A stretch of DNA of 64,000 bases from the NCBI GenBank assembly GCA_951406725.2, contig OX597817.1, positions 165,788,001-165,852,000 on the forward strand, in the 5' to 3' direction. Shown here in pieces: positions 13,561-26,911 of this stretch. Made by a program: the position numbers and the translations under genes. Under the pieces are notes generated by a model, which worked only from the letters and a program-made list of their open reading frames with translations, made no database searches and was not told where the DNA came from. This DNA is from Octopus vulgaris. Lineage: Eukaryota. Every line of letters begins with the position of its first letter. Within the stretch, counting starts at the first letter, position 1.

Positions 13561-14208
13561 TAGTAATTTGTGGTAAATCATTTTACCTTTGCCCATATAA
13601 TACAGTAAATGAATTGATTGCATCGCAATCCTTAACATTTATGTATTAACTTTTTTGGGTACTTCACTAGCAGTATAATGGATATATGTTATCCCATGGA
13701 GGGTTGCATTTACAACCCCTATCTCAATTTGTATATATATATATATATATATACTTTCACTTATTTTCTGTATATATGTATGTAATATATATTCATACTT
13801 ACATTTATATATAGAAGAAAAAGAAGAAAAAGAAGAAGAAGAAGAAGAAGAAGAAGAAGAACAACAACAACAACAACAACAAGTGAAGGGGGAAAAGAAC
13901 GAGAACGAAGAGAAAAATAACGATTTGTATTCTGTGTAGATGATTTTCGGCCGATCTGTTGCTCATCACAAGAGTGTGACACTGGATCCTGTGCGATGAC
14001 GCAACTTTGTTTCGTCTAAAATGTACATGCAATTTTGACCTCATCTGTGTGTACGTTTGATAAGATGTCGATCTTCTACATATATATATATAGTTACCCA
14101 TATGATTATACATCCAGGAGGGTTATCTTTCAAATTATCGATAGAGGTCGCTGCTCTCAGCCCTTCTCTCTCTCATGCATCTCAAGTTTGTCTGTCTGTC
14201 TGTCTGTC

Positions 14209-14248
<40 letters not shown>

Positions 14249-14381
14249 TCTCTCCCTCTTCCTACCTATCTCCATGTGGAGTGAAAGAGCGAGAATATTA
14301 TGGAGAGTAGGAGATACACACAGACAGATAGGCAGACAGACACACAGACAGGCAGACAGACACAAAGACAGAGAAACACAA

Positions 14382-14487
<106 letters not shown>

Positions 14488-15699
14488 GTAGGTAGGTAGT
14501 ATCATTTTTAAAATTACTAAAATTTGAATTTCAGGGAAACCTTCGAAAGATGATTGTACTTCTCCGTCGTGAATGGCTGCACAAAAAATAAGCTAATGCA
14601 AGTGAATTATTTAATTTATTTAAATTTTATTGTATTTTATTTTGATTTTGCTTTATTTCCTTACTGGTGTTTCCCAGGACATGAATTATTGAGACTATTT
14701 GACCGCTTATACTATAATTTGGCATAGTTTTCTGCTTGAAGTATTTTAAATTGTTCATACGTGTTAGATACTACAGCCGTAGCATTATTTCCCATAACGC
14801 AAAATATACAGGCCTCAAAATCATATTCTAAAATGATAAAAATACAGAACTTAAAATATGCAGAAAGGTGGGGGGAAATCACACATATAAACACATCCCT
14901 AATGTTAGTACGCATTTCAGATCTACCATCAGCGACAACACGTAAGAGCAATAATATACATGCTGAATCAGGAAAGACAACTCACTCGATCTGTGCCAGC
15001 ATGGTTGGGGTATATCACAAAAGTCGGTGCCTCCTTACCCAATGAATTTATCCCATAAAGAGCGAGCAGTTGACAAAAACAAAGGAAATTTCTGCATAGA
15101 ATGTAATGGGTATTTGTAGGAAACTCTGGTCAATATGTTTAAGGATATACACTCTTTCAACGCGAACAGTGAACGCGTAGTGTGCGATTGGATTTTTCAG
15201 ACATAGGACGTTGCGAAGAGACTTATTGCTGGTATGGCAACATGCTTGCCCATACAGATAAGATCTCTAGAGCACTATAATCACGGTAAATGTTAATGAG
15301 CTGCCGCTGACTTTCGGTTTATTGTCAACTTGATGCAAGTGTGCGTACAAGAGATAGATGCAAACGTAACCCACCATATTATGTAACCGTGTAGAGTCTA
15401 TATGAAAATAAGAGCTCTAAAAATGATTACTGAAAACCATAGAGTATCACTTAGTCGTATGCCACTGAGGGGGAAAAAAAGCAATATGCTAGTGGTACAG
15501 GGCACAATTAAGGTATCAAACAGCCGCAGTGATGAGAGTAAAATCGGCAGCGTCCAGAACTGAAGACCTGGTTTCGGCTACCACTCGCTATTTTTAGAAC
15601 GAAAGGGTAGAGGTCACTCATGAGCAATATATTTTACAATATGGGCAAACATTAAGTAGACACAAGTTGGTATGAATAGAAAGATTAAACACTCTGATA

Positions 15700-15938
15700 C
15701 ATCAATAGAGAGATAGACAGGGACAGAGATATCGAGACGATAGGAAGATAGATAAAAGGATAAGACAGGGAAAGACAGACAGATAGATATATAGATAGAA
15801 ATAAACAGAGAGGTAGATAGATGATAGAGTGATAGATAGATAGATAGATAGATAGATAGACATGCATACATACAGAGATAGATGGACAGACAGACAGACA
15901 GACAGACAGTTAGATAGATAGATAGATAGATAGATAGG

Positions 15939-15970
<32 letters not shown>

Positions 15971-16076
15971 CAGGTAGACAGACAGACAGACAAACACGGA
16001 TAAGAAAACAGTGACACGGAGGGACAGATCGATCGATAGAAATATGATAGATACATAGAAAGATAGATAGATGATT

Positions 16077-16134
<58 letters not shown>

Positions 16135-16242
16135 CAGTCAGACAGTCAGACAGACAAACACAGATAAGAAGACGGTGATACGGAAAGACAGATTGATCGA
16201 TAGGAATATGATAAATGGATAGATAGATAGATAGATTGATAA

Positions 16243-16292
<50 letters not shown>

Positions 16293-16320
16293 TGATAAAT
16301 AGATAGATAGATAGATAGAT
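15700..16320. repeat. (GATA)n/(GACA)n microsatellite block with an internal duplication
   Basis: Direct reading; a unit near 15985-16060 is repeated near 16150-16225. Similar tracts occur at 14320-14495 and 32065-32240. Confidence 0.9.
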
Positions 16321-16404
16321 AAAATCTATAATTTTGAAGCTAAAACAGAACATATGATCAATCGCAATTTATGTTTGTATGTGAGAGTACGCGTGCACCA
16401 CACT

Positions 16405-16471
<67 letters not shown>

Positions 16472-17586
16472 ACAAACACACACACACACACACAAAATAA
16501 CACAAACAGAATCGAACAAACACACACGTTCATCATAATATGTACAGACAAAAAAGCATAAAGCCTTTTAGAGAAAGAATGGTGTAAAATTAAACAACAA
16601 AAACCTATCCTTACGTACTTCTATCTCATGTTCCATTATTAACACACCTGTGTAACTGTGTTAAGGTAAAAATCCTAATGAAGTAATGTTTCAACTTTGT
16701 GTAGTCTGATTCTTTATCTACAAGTTCTAATCATTCACTTCCGGCAAGCCACTATCATCATCATCATCGTCATCATTTTGCTACGGCTTATCACTACTTT
16801 CGAAACTATCTATCTCACACCCCTACTGTTTTACAACCTCCCCCTCTTTTCTCTCTCTCTCTCTTTATCCCTATTTCCTCTCTCTCTCTCTCTCCCTCTC
16901 TCTCTCTCTCTCTCAACCATCCTATTCTAGATAATCTTATCTAGCCATCTTTCTGTGTATCTATCAATCCCATGAATCTTCCCGTGTGCCTGCCTATATG
17001 TTTCTATGAGCGTATCTCCGTCATTTCCCCACCCCCCTCTCTCTCCCTCACACACACACACACACACACACACAAACAAACAAACACATACACACGCGCG
17101 CGCGCAGACGTTCTTGTTTACAAACAGAAAGTAAAAATGCACTCAATACGTTTACTAGCGGTTTTTTTTTTCTTCTGGTCATCACCAACCAATTGTTGAA
17201 CCATGTTTGCCGGAAACAGCCTACGACTTCGACTACGCATGCGTGAAACTCAGCAGCACCTCGGAGCTGAAATGTCATCGTATGATTCAAAATTATATGA
17301 CTGTGCGTATGTATATGCGTCCGTCCGCCCATGAGTGTGTGTGTGTGTATGTGTATGTGTATGTCTTTTATGTGTGCGTGTGTAGATTTGGAAAGTTATT
17401 CACCAACCTAAGTAGTAAGTACAGCTGATCACTCTCAATGTCAGCATAGCAGATGTCAGAATAGAACGCAAGAAGAATAACTACTGTGCTATCTAAGAAT
17501 ACACACACACACACACACACACTCACTCACTCACACATACATACATATATATATATATCTGCACAAATACACACATGTGAACACAA

Positions 17587-17631
<45 letters not shown>

Positions 17632-17746
17632 AGCAATAAAGGGTTTAGCAACGAATTGCCTTACCACAGACTGAATTTAGAAATAGCAGTCAAAGAGTTA
17701 TAGCTATTTCTTCTACTAAAAAGGAGATCTCAGTAAAAAACATTAA

Positions 17747-17794
<48 letters not shown>

Positions 17795-17950
17795 AAATAA
17801 GCAACAAAAATATCCTTGTTGCTTATTTTGATTTTAATCACCTTACTTTGAAATTTTATGGATAATACCGTTCTAAATTCTGGTGCCTCAACTTAAGTAC
17901 CATATTCATTTGAATCTAAAATTTTGCTGAGATCATCTACCAAATCCAAA

Positions 17951-18026
<76 letters not shown>

Positions 18027-18268
18027 GTGTCCCGTACTATCAGCTAAAATACATGTATTCTAGTGGTGCATCTAAGTTATACCATATTCAGTAAATTCTT
18101 AAATTAACTTGAATCTTTATTGCTTTTTATGTATGTATGTATGTATGTATATATGACAGTGTTTGTGAGAATTTCTCATTAATACAGTTTTTGAGTAAAA
18201 TGTGGATTTTTAAAAGAAATCATTGTTTAGAAGAAGTTATAGAGTCTTTTATCAGGACGCTATTAGCC

Positions 18269-18480
18269 AAGGCGGTGAGCTGGCAGAAACGTTAGCACAC
18301 CGGGCGAAATGTCAAACGGGATTTCGTCTGTCTTTCCGATCTCAGTTCAAATTCCATTGAGGTCGACTTTCCCTTTTATCCTTTCGGTGTCGATAAATTA
18401 AGTACCAGTTGCGTACTGAGGTTTCTCTAATCGAGTGTCCCCTCCCCAAAGATTTGGAGCCTAGAGTAGAAAAGGAGGTT
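18269..18480 (+). mobile_element. SINE family B
   Basis: aaggcggtgagctggcagaaacgttagcac...gaggtcgactttccc...agtaccag. Confidence 0.85.
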
Positions 18481-18554
18481 ATTAGCCATTTTGGGAGAAG
18501 ACTTTTTTTCCTAGTGTGTGTGAGCGTTTTCGATATAAATATTCTCTTTTATTC

Positions 18555-18950
18555 GCTTATTCTTTTACTTGTTTCAGTCATTTTGCTTGCGGCCATGCTG
18601 GAGCACTAACTTAAAGGACTTTAGTCGAACAAATCATCGTAAGAACTTATTCTTTGGAAGCCTAATACTTGTTCTATCGGTCTCTCCTACTGAACGTTAA
18701 TTTACGAGGACGTAAACACATGGGTTGTCAAGGGATGGTGGGGTGCGCCAAACACACAAATATATATATATATATGCTCAACATACGAGTGTAGAAAAAC
18801 AGCCAACAACTGATGAAAGGTCGTTCTTTATGTTGTCTGTCTTGTGTTCCAGTTATGTCTTTCGTTCTTCGAAAAAATAGTTCATATTCCATGTATTCGT
18901 ACTTCGTATTTTTTTGTTGTACACGTTTCTTGACGTTCTGTGCCCACATA

Positions 18951-18986
<36 letters not shown>

Positions 18987-19037
18987 AGTATGTACATATA
19001 AGTGTGTATATATATATATGTATTTATATATATTATT

Positions 19038-19075
<38 letters not shown>

Positions 19076-19099
19076 TATATATTTATATCATATATAATT

Positions 19100-19148
<49 letters not shown>

Positions 19149-19290
19149 CACGACGAGCTTCTTTCAGTTTCCGTCTACCAAATCCACTCGCAAGGCTTTC
19201 ATCGGGCCGCAACTATAGTAGAAAACGCCCAAGGTACCACGCTGTGGGACTGAACCTTGGACCGAGGGGTTGGAAAGCAAGCTTCTTACC
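18555..19290 (-). mobile_element. SINE family A copy split by a nested insert (about 18775-19145)
   Basis: 3' half at 18555-18760, 5' half at 19150-19290. Confidence 0.75.
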
Positions 19291-19391
19291 ACTCTTTTTG
19301 CGATCAGTTATAATAAAAACAATTTTACATTAACCTGATGTGTTACTCTTCTTGTAGAATACAAATTTATCAGAAGTAAGAGTTCAGTGAA

Positions 19392-19438
<47 letters not shown>

Positions 19439-19672
19439 TGGATGTTTGTGATTGTGTGTGGATGTAGTTATATGAATGTGTGTATACTTATACCTGTATT
19501 TGTGTGTGTTTTTGTGGGCTTGGGTAGATAGTTTATCCATCAATTTGCCTATCTTATATGCTTACAAACCTGTCACACTCAGCCATTATTAATCTATTAA
19601 TCCGATGATCTGCATCGGAAGATAGCTAATATAAATTGATATACATAGAAAGAAGGGCAAAACAGACCCCTA

Positions 19673-19712
<40 letters not shown>

Positions 19713-19723
19713 TTTATATACCA

Positions 19724-19753
19724 AGGAGTGACTGTGTGGTAAGTAGGTTCCTC

Positions 19754-19784
<31 letters not shown>

Positions 19785-20045
19785 TTTATGTATGTATCTG
19801 TGTATGTATGCATGTATGTATCTGTATGTGTGTGTATATGGGTGTCTGTGCTTGTCCCCCAATATGACTTGAGAACCGGTGCTGGTGTGTTTACGTCCCC
19901 GTCATATAGCGGTTCGGCAAAAGAGACCGATAGAATAAGTACTAGGCTTACAAAGAATCATTCCTGGGGACGATTTGCTCGACTAAAGCCGGTGCTCCAG
20001 CATAGCCGAAGCCAAATGACTGAAACAAGTAAAAGAATAAAAGAA
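19724..20045 (+). mobile_element. SINE family A, internally deleted
   Basis: Head remnant 'aggagtgactgtgtggtaagtag' plus the 3' half. Confidence 0.8.
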
Positions 20046-20063
20046 TGTATATATGTATATACA

Positions 20064-20133
<70 letters not shown>

Positions 20134-20139
20134 GTATGC

Positions 20140-20192
<53 letters not shown>

Positions 20193-20241
20193 TATTTATA
20201 TATGTATGCATATATATATATGTATATATATGTATATAAAT

Positions 20242-20276
<35 letters not shown>

Positions 20277-20279
20277 TTA

Positions 20280-20352
<73 letters not shown>

Positions 20353-20663
20353 ACCTACACATATATATGTATGTATATACATATATACATATATACACAT
20401 ACACTTATGTATATGTACCCCCACCACACATATATATAGAAATAGAAATATTACATTTCTAAATATCTCAGAGAGATATAAGCAGTAGTGGTGCGATAGA
20501 GTAGTTGTATACTGTCAACTTACTGTGGCAGTCCCATGAAGGGAATTACACCACCGCTATTTAGCCCTAGGAAGCATCAACGCTTCCTGTCGGCCTTCAC
20601 ACATTTCCTGTGTCCTTGTGTTTACAAGGGAGAGACAAGCACCCCGACCCAGCTTCCCTTGCA

Positions 20664-20705
20664 TCCAGGGACTAGTTTCTGAGTCTTACTCGTCATCAGT
20701 CTGGA
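20664..20705 (-). ncRNA. Minimal type I hammerhead ribozyme motif
   Basis: TCCAGA-CTGATGA-c-GAGT-aag-ACTC-a-GAAA-CTAG-TC-CCTGGA: canonical core, 4-bp stem II, palindromic CTAG, one stem I mismatch. Confidence 0.75.
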
Positions 20706-21330
20706 GTAGCATGGCCTGCTAACTGGAGATGCTTGTCTAGGCCTTGTAAACATATAAGAATTCTAGTGAAATCACTCGAAATAATATTGAAACCGTTTGC
20801 AGTTTCAAACTCGCCACGAGCTTACTCTATTTCATGCTCTGCATTATCCGCTCCATGTTAACTTTGTATTTTTGATATATTTTTTTTTTGTGTATGTTTG
20901 TACCTGTATAGCCCGAAACACTGAATTATTAATAATCCCTTTAGGCTGTAATGTAAGTCAGGTAACAAGTTAACATCCTATAAATATACTTACTTCTAAG
21001 AGGTCTTCAAACACAATACAAGTGTTGATAAATTAAAACCTGGTTTACTGTAACCATTTATCTACTGATGAGATCCCCCTTACACCCTCATCTCTGGTGC
21101 CATATGCTAATTCACATACAATACACTTTTTTTTTGTTTTGGGGGTTTTTTTGTTTTGTTTTTTTTGTAGGTTTTACTTTAAGGATTAAATCCCTTAGCT
21201 TAAAAAACACAGCAAGGCCCTTCTGGATTTGTTAGAGAGATAAATGACTAACATACGAACACATAATTTCAAGACACAACAGAAGGAAAGGAGGGAGTAA
21301 GTGAGAAAAAAACGAAGAGAAAGGGAGAGG

Positions 21331-21366
<36 letters not shown>

Positions 21367-21552
21367 GGAAGGAGAGACAAGTGTTAAGAATAACAACTTA
21401 TCTATTTCATTTTCATAGTCAAAACAAAAGAATGACAAAACAGTTGTTGTTTCCCACCAGATCGACACTGAATTGCAAACCTGTAATCAAAAGCGTTCCA
21501 GTTATGACCATGACGTTGTCAGTTTTTAAATTCAGACTACTAGAACTATAAC

Positions 21553-21760
21553 AAGGTGGCGAGCTGGCAGAAATGTTAGCCCGCTGGGGAAAAATGCTAA
21601 ACAGCATTCCGTTCGGAGTTCAAATCCCACCGAGGTTGACTCTGCCTTTTATCTTTTCGGGGTCGATAAAATTAGACCGAGTCATGCACTGGGGTTCGTT
21701 GCAATCGTCTTATCCACTTAACCGAAGTTGCTGGCCTTACGCTTAAATTTAAAACCATTA
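21553..21760 (+). mobile_element. SINE family B
   Basis: Matches family B head and body. Confidence 0.8.
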
Positions 21761-22002
21761 TATTAAAACTGCATTATCTAATGAATAACTAGAGAGGGAT
21801 TTGGTTGCTACTTTTAGCAAGATAGACGATTGCGTAAGATGAACAACAGTAGAGTACTCAGTTAACACAAGAATGCGTGTTTATGAATTTAGTGATATTG
21901 TGTGTGTGTGTGTGTGTGTACTGATACATGAGCACGTACAAATACATATATGTTGATATGTACGTGTATATACTCCATATACATAAGTATATGAATTTAT
22001 TC

Positions 22003-22055
<53 letters not shown>

Positions 22056-22367
22056 CATGTATGTATTTATATTTCCACCTAACTCTTTGACCTATAATAC
22101 ATCACCAGTTTTTACTTCTTAACCCTTTTCTGTTTTATATTTTTATATTACTTCCACGCTTTTCTTAAATATATTTATTCTGATGCAGGACTAGCGTGCG
22201 AAACGTTAGAATTCTTTCATGGCTTTTATCTTTAAACTAGCATCATATCTGTTGAAAGTGTTTCCGCCTGTGTTGCTTTTCTTGTTTATAGCTCTAAATG
22301 TGTGAGTGTACGCGCGCATATGGCCGCAGTATGATGACTGAAGCAAGTAAAAGCTAAAACATAAAAG

Positions 22368-22456
<89 letters not shown>

Positions 22457-22471
22457 ATATTATATATGTAT

Positions 22472-22515
<44 letters not shown>

Positions 22516-22584
22516 TATATATATATATATATATATGTATATAAATTATATATATATATATATATGTATATAAATTATATATAT

Positions 22585-22616
<32 letters not shown>

Positions 22617-22629
22617 GTATATAAATTAT

Positions 22630-22676
<47 letters not shown>

Positions 22677-22756
22677 AATTATATATAAATATATATATAT
22701 ATATGAATTATATATATATATATATAAATTATATATATATACATATACATATATAA

Positions 22757-22797
<41 letters not shown>

Positions 22798-22848
22798 ATA
22801 TATGTAACTTAAAATTTCGTAGGCTGGGGCCAAATGAAATTGTTTTAC

Positions 22849-22908
<60 letters not shown>

Positions 22909-23936
22909 TGTGGAATTTACACCTTTGTTTTCTTCAACAAAGCTTCTCGTGGCAAATTTGTTTTATTTGCTGTTATTTTTCAAGTTTCTTTGTTCGAGAC
23001 ACAGATTTTCCCACGAAAGAGTCTGCATCTCTTGAGTTAAGTTATAGATAAGACTTAAGTCGAGTTAAAGAATATAAATTTATGTAACATTTTAAAAGGT
23101 CGAAGGAGAAAGATGATTTATTATGCGTAGTTTTGGTGGGGTGGGGAAGGATTTCTTATAACTGTGAGTTCAAATAAGCCTGAAGCTAAATTCATCTTAA
23201 TTCTTGGTTAATCTCAAGACCAGCAATTTTCAGGGGAGGGTAAATAGTCGATACCAGCAACCCAGCATTTGAATGATACTTTCATTTTATCGCCCCCAAA
23301 CGGTAAAGTTTATATCGGTGGGAATTCGATTTGTAACAAATAACTGGAACGGACGATTCCTCAAAGCATTTTTCCGACGCTGTAAAAATTCTTTTAGCGC
23401 TCTGGCCTAAACTTTTATCTTAAGTCATCATAAACAAAAGGTGTGTGGGGACAAGCGTATCAAGAAAGAGAGCCAGCTTTTCCACTGTGTGTCGCAAAAG
23501 GCGATTAAAAGAGGTTCAAGTGGGATTTGCAATTTGACCTCGAAAACCATGATGAGAAACGACTACCCAGACAGGCCCATTGAGTTCTCTGCTCCGGGGT
23601 AGTACTTCGACTGCCTATAAGGCACATCGAATGAAACAGTTGAGGCAAGGCGATCAGGACCCTTGAAAGCAAGATGGGTAGGTGAGTTGTTTCCCAAGTG
23701 GTGCAAAGGTGTCATGAATCATGATTACGAAACATCCATAAATGATGGATACAGCGATATAAAATGTGGGAACATATCGTATATATAGGTGCTTGTGTAT
23801 GTATGCGCGCATGCATGTGTTTCATTGGCAAAACTTGAAACCCGTATAACCGAACATAAAAATGCACATTAATATATATATACATATATATGCCCTGAGC
23901 CTATACTGGTGGAAACCTATCAAAGTTATCAGAGTG

Positions 23937-24010
<74 letters not shown>

Positions 24011-24015
24011 GAGTG

Positions 24016-24046
<31 letters not shown>

Positions 24047-24067
24047 ATGTATATTATATATATATTT

Positions 24068-24260
24068 AAGGTGAGCTGGCAGAATCGTTAGCTCACCGGG
24101 CAAAATAACGCATTTCGTCCGTCTTACGTTCTGAGTTCAAATTCCGCCGAGATCGCCTTCGCCTTTCATCCCTTAGGGCTCGATAAAATGCATCGCAGTT
24201 AAGCACTGCAGATCGACGTAATCAACTTGGCCCCTTGCCCCTAAAATTGCTGGCCTTGTG
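24068..24260 (+). mobile_element. SINE family B, directly abutting the large palindrome
   Basis: Matches family B; another degenerate minus-strand copy lies at about 23200-23410. Confidence 0.8.
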
Positions 24261-24364
24261 CTCTTATTATTAAATCGCCGAAAAATACACCGGTGAAAAA
24301 CTACAGAAATCAAACGAAGGCAAAATCAGGTTAGGATAATTAGATACATTTAAGTATTAGGACT

Positions 24365-24415
24365 CACGTGGATCGATTTCTGCATTGGTAAAGACCTTAG
24401 CTTCTTCAGCACGTG
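24365..24415 (-). ncRNA. Minimal type I hammerhead ribozyme motif
   Basis: CACGTG-CTGAAGA-agctaaggtctttaccaatgca-GAAA-TCGA-TC-CACGTG: perfect 6-bp stem I, palindromic loop III, weak stem II. Confidence 0.75.
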
Positions 24416-24427
24416 TTACCGTTATTA

Positions 24428-24478
24428 CACGTGCTGAAGAAGCTAAGGTCTTTACCAATGCAGAAATCGATCCTCGTG
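24428..24478 (+). ncRNA. Minimal type I hammerhead ribozyme motif (mirror copy)
   Basis: CACGTG-CTGAAGA-...-GAAA-TCGA-TC-CTCGTG, one mismatch in stem I. Confidence 0.65.
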
Positions 24479-24763
24479 AGTCCTAATACTTAAATGTATG
24501 TTAGTAGATTATCCTAACCTGAATTTGCCTTCGTTTGATTTCTGTAGTTTTTCACCGGTGTATTTTTCGGCGATTTAATAATAAGAGTTTTGACTGTTAT
24601 TTCAAGCAGGTTGACATACCTAGTATGACCTTTGATTAATTTTAAATTTAAATTTAAATATATATATATATATATATATAACGATAAGACCGATATTTAA
24701 ATATCGATCTTATCAAGTGGCCAGCATGGGAATAAAAACCTTACAAAGGTAATAATTATTTAA

Positions 24764-24993
24764 AATTATAAATTAGGGTATCTGAAAGATACCACCACGC
24801 TGAAATAACAGTCAAAACCTGGCCTTAAAGCCACATTAAATGTTCATATAGCACAAGGAGAGGAGACAGAGAGACAAAATAAACTAGCAAACAAATGTTA
24901 CCTCCTAGTGCTATATGAACATTTAATGTGGCTTTAGGGTCAGGTTCTGACTGCTATTTCAGCGTGATGGTATCTCTCAGATAACCTAATTTA

Positions 24994-24998
<5 letters not shown>
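24764..24998. repeat. Inverted repeat (about 95-bp arms, about 40-nt spacer)
   Basis: 24764-24860 vs 24902-24998; flanked by (TA)n. Confidence 0.9.
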
Positions 24999-25049
<51 letters not shown>

Positions 25050-25672
25050 CAGCATATATACAGATTCAATCAAGAGTTACAATCATTGCTGTTTTCTGGC
25101 GTTCTCATACGTACTTCAACGCTTGGATGATCAACTATTTCTAATTTTCTACACTGTTTATTCAGTATAGCGAACTATCAACATATACAACCAAAATTTT
25201 CTCGACATAAAATTTAACAGTGAGACCTCCTGGCAACCGCGTGTTTGACACGATGCCAAGGAATGTTCCCGAAATGTTCGCTACCTATTTTCTTCCCAGA
25301 CGGTTAGCTGACTATTCCCTACATCAGTGGTGAATTGAAGCAAATATTAGTAAAATTCCTAGAAATGCATTGAAATCTCTGCAGAAATATGAATAATAAT
25401 GAAAACTATATGATTTCTTACAAATGTACAACGTAAGAATTAGGCAGGTGAGGGCGCAGTTGATTATATTGACACAGGTACATAGCTTCTACATTATTCT
25501 ATCGACTCTGGAAGGATGGAAGGCGAAGACAAGTTCGGCAAAATTTGGATAAAAAAAACAGAGACGTGACTTAATAATACAGGAATACATAGGGTCTGTA
25601 TTTTGCCCGACGCCAACCGGTTCATCCTTATATCCGTGTGTGTGTGTGAGTGTGTGTGTCTCCCTCCCTCTC

Positions 25673-25742
<70 letters not shown>

Positions 25743-25749
25743 ATAACAA

Positions 25750-25960
25750 TAATCCTTTCTCCTGAAGGCACAAGGCCTTGAAATGTTGGGGGAGGGGACT
25801 AATCCATTACATCGACCCCAGTGTTTCACTGGTACTTGAAATATCGACCACCGAAATGATGAAAGGCAAATTCGATCTCGGCGGAATTTGAACTAAGAAC
25901 ATACCGTCCGACGAAATACTTCGTCCAGCGCGCTAACGATTCTACTAGCTCACCGCCTGA
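25750..25960 (-). mobile_element. SINE family B
   Basis: Matches family B; further fragments at about 25440-25550 and 27820-27965. Confidence 0.8.
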
Positions 25961-26680
25961 AGAATAATAATAATAACAGCAACAACAACAACAACAACAA
26001 CAATAATAATAATGTTAATAATAATTTCAAAAATGAATAATCCACAGTAATAGCAAAAACATTTTTTTAAACACGGATGTGTATTGACCTCTTTGCTTTT
26101 CTTTGTACACGTAAATTCAAAGAAAATTACTGTATATATATATATATATATATCCACGCGTTTATCATGACATTATCACATTCAGCACACACTATGCTGC
26201 AGTACCCACGCTACGTCACTCCTTAAGAGGTAGATTGTAGATTAGAGAATCGTTATCTTAAAATCTAGACACAGTTTCTGCTTCTAGGTGAGCATAGGTT
26301 ATAATAATCGGCTTCGCTTGCCATTGAAATAGGTATTGATTAGAAGCACATATTTTACTTGTAACATTGTCCTTAAACTTACAGATACAATATATAATCA
26401 TGTATTCTGTTTTGGCTTGCTTGGTAGCTCAGCCAATAATGTCGATAGTAAAGAGAACGTGAGAAAAGCTGTTCATGTCACTGAGACCGATACAGAAGCA
26501 AATCTGATAAGTTAATCTATAAAGGTGCTATTTAATAAGGTTTTATATATATAGATCGTATATCTGATCCATATAATACTTCTTTTCGTGACTTTGGAGC
26601 TTCAAGTAATGGTCCTTCTTAGTCAGCAACCCCTCACTTGCAAAAAGTCTTCTTAATATATTAAGAGCTCTTTTCTGTTT

Positions 26681-26755
<75 letters not shown>

Positions 26756-26855
26756 CCTGCTCGCTCAGCCAGCGGGGTGGCGTCATTCGAAGGCTAAAAC
26801 AATGCGAACGCATTATGACCAGCGATGTGTAACAACATCTGATGGTCTGGTCGGT

Positions 26856-26911
<56 letters not shown>

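Larger units (their letters stand above)
24261..24587. repeat. Near-perfect palindrome (about 155-bp arms, about 10-nt loop) with a hammerhead motif in each arm
   Basis: Left arm 24261-24416 is the reverse complement of right arm 24427-24587, with a few mismatches and one small indel. Confidence 0.95.

Noticed and set aside
14750-15610. Unique island possibly a decayed TE ORF (GIY-YIG or RT C-terminus)
   Set aside because: Only vague motif resemblance requiring multiple frameshifts; needs tblastn/HMM evidence.
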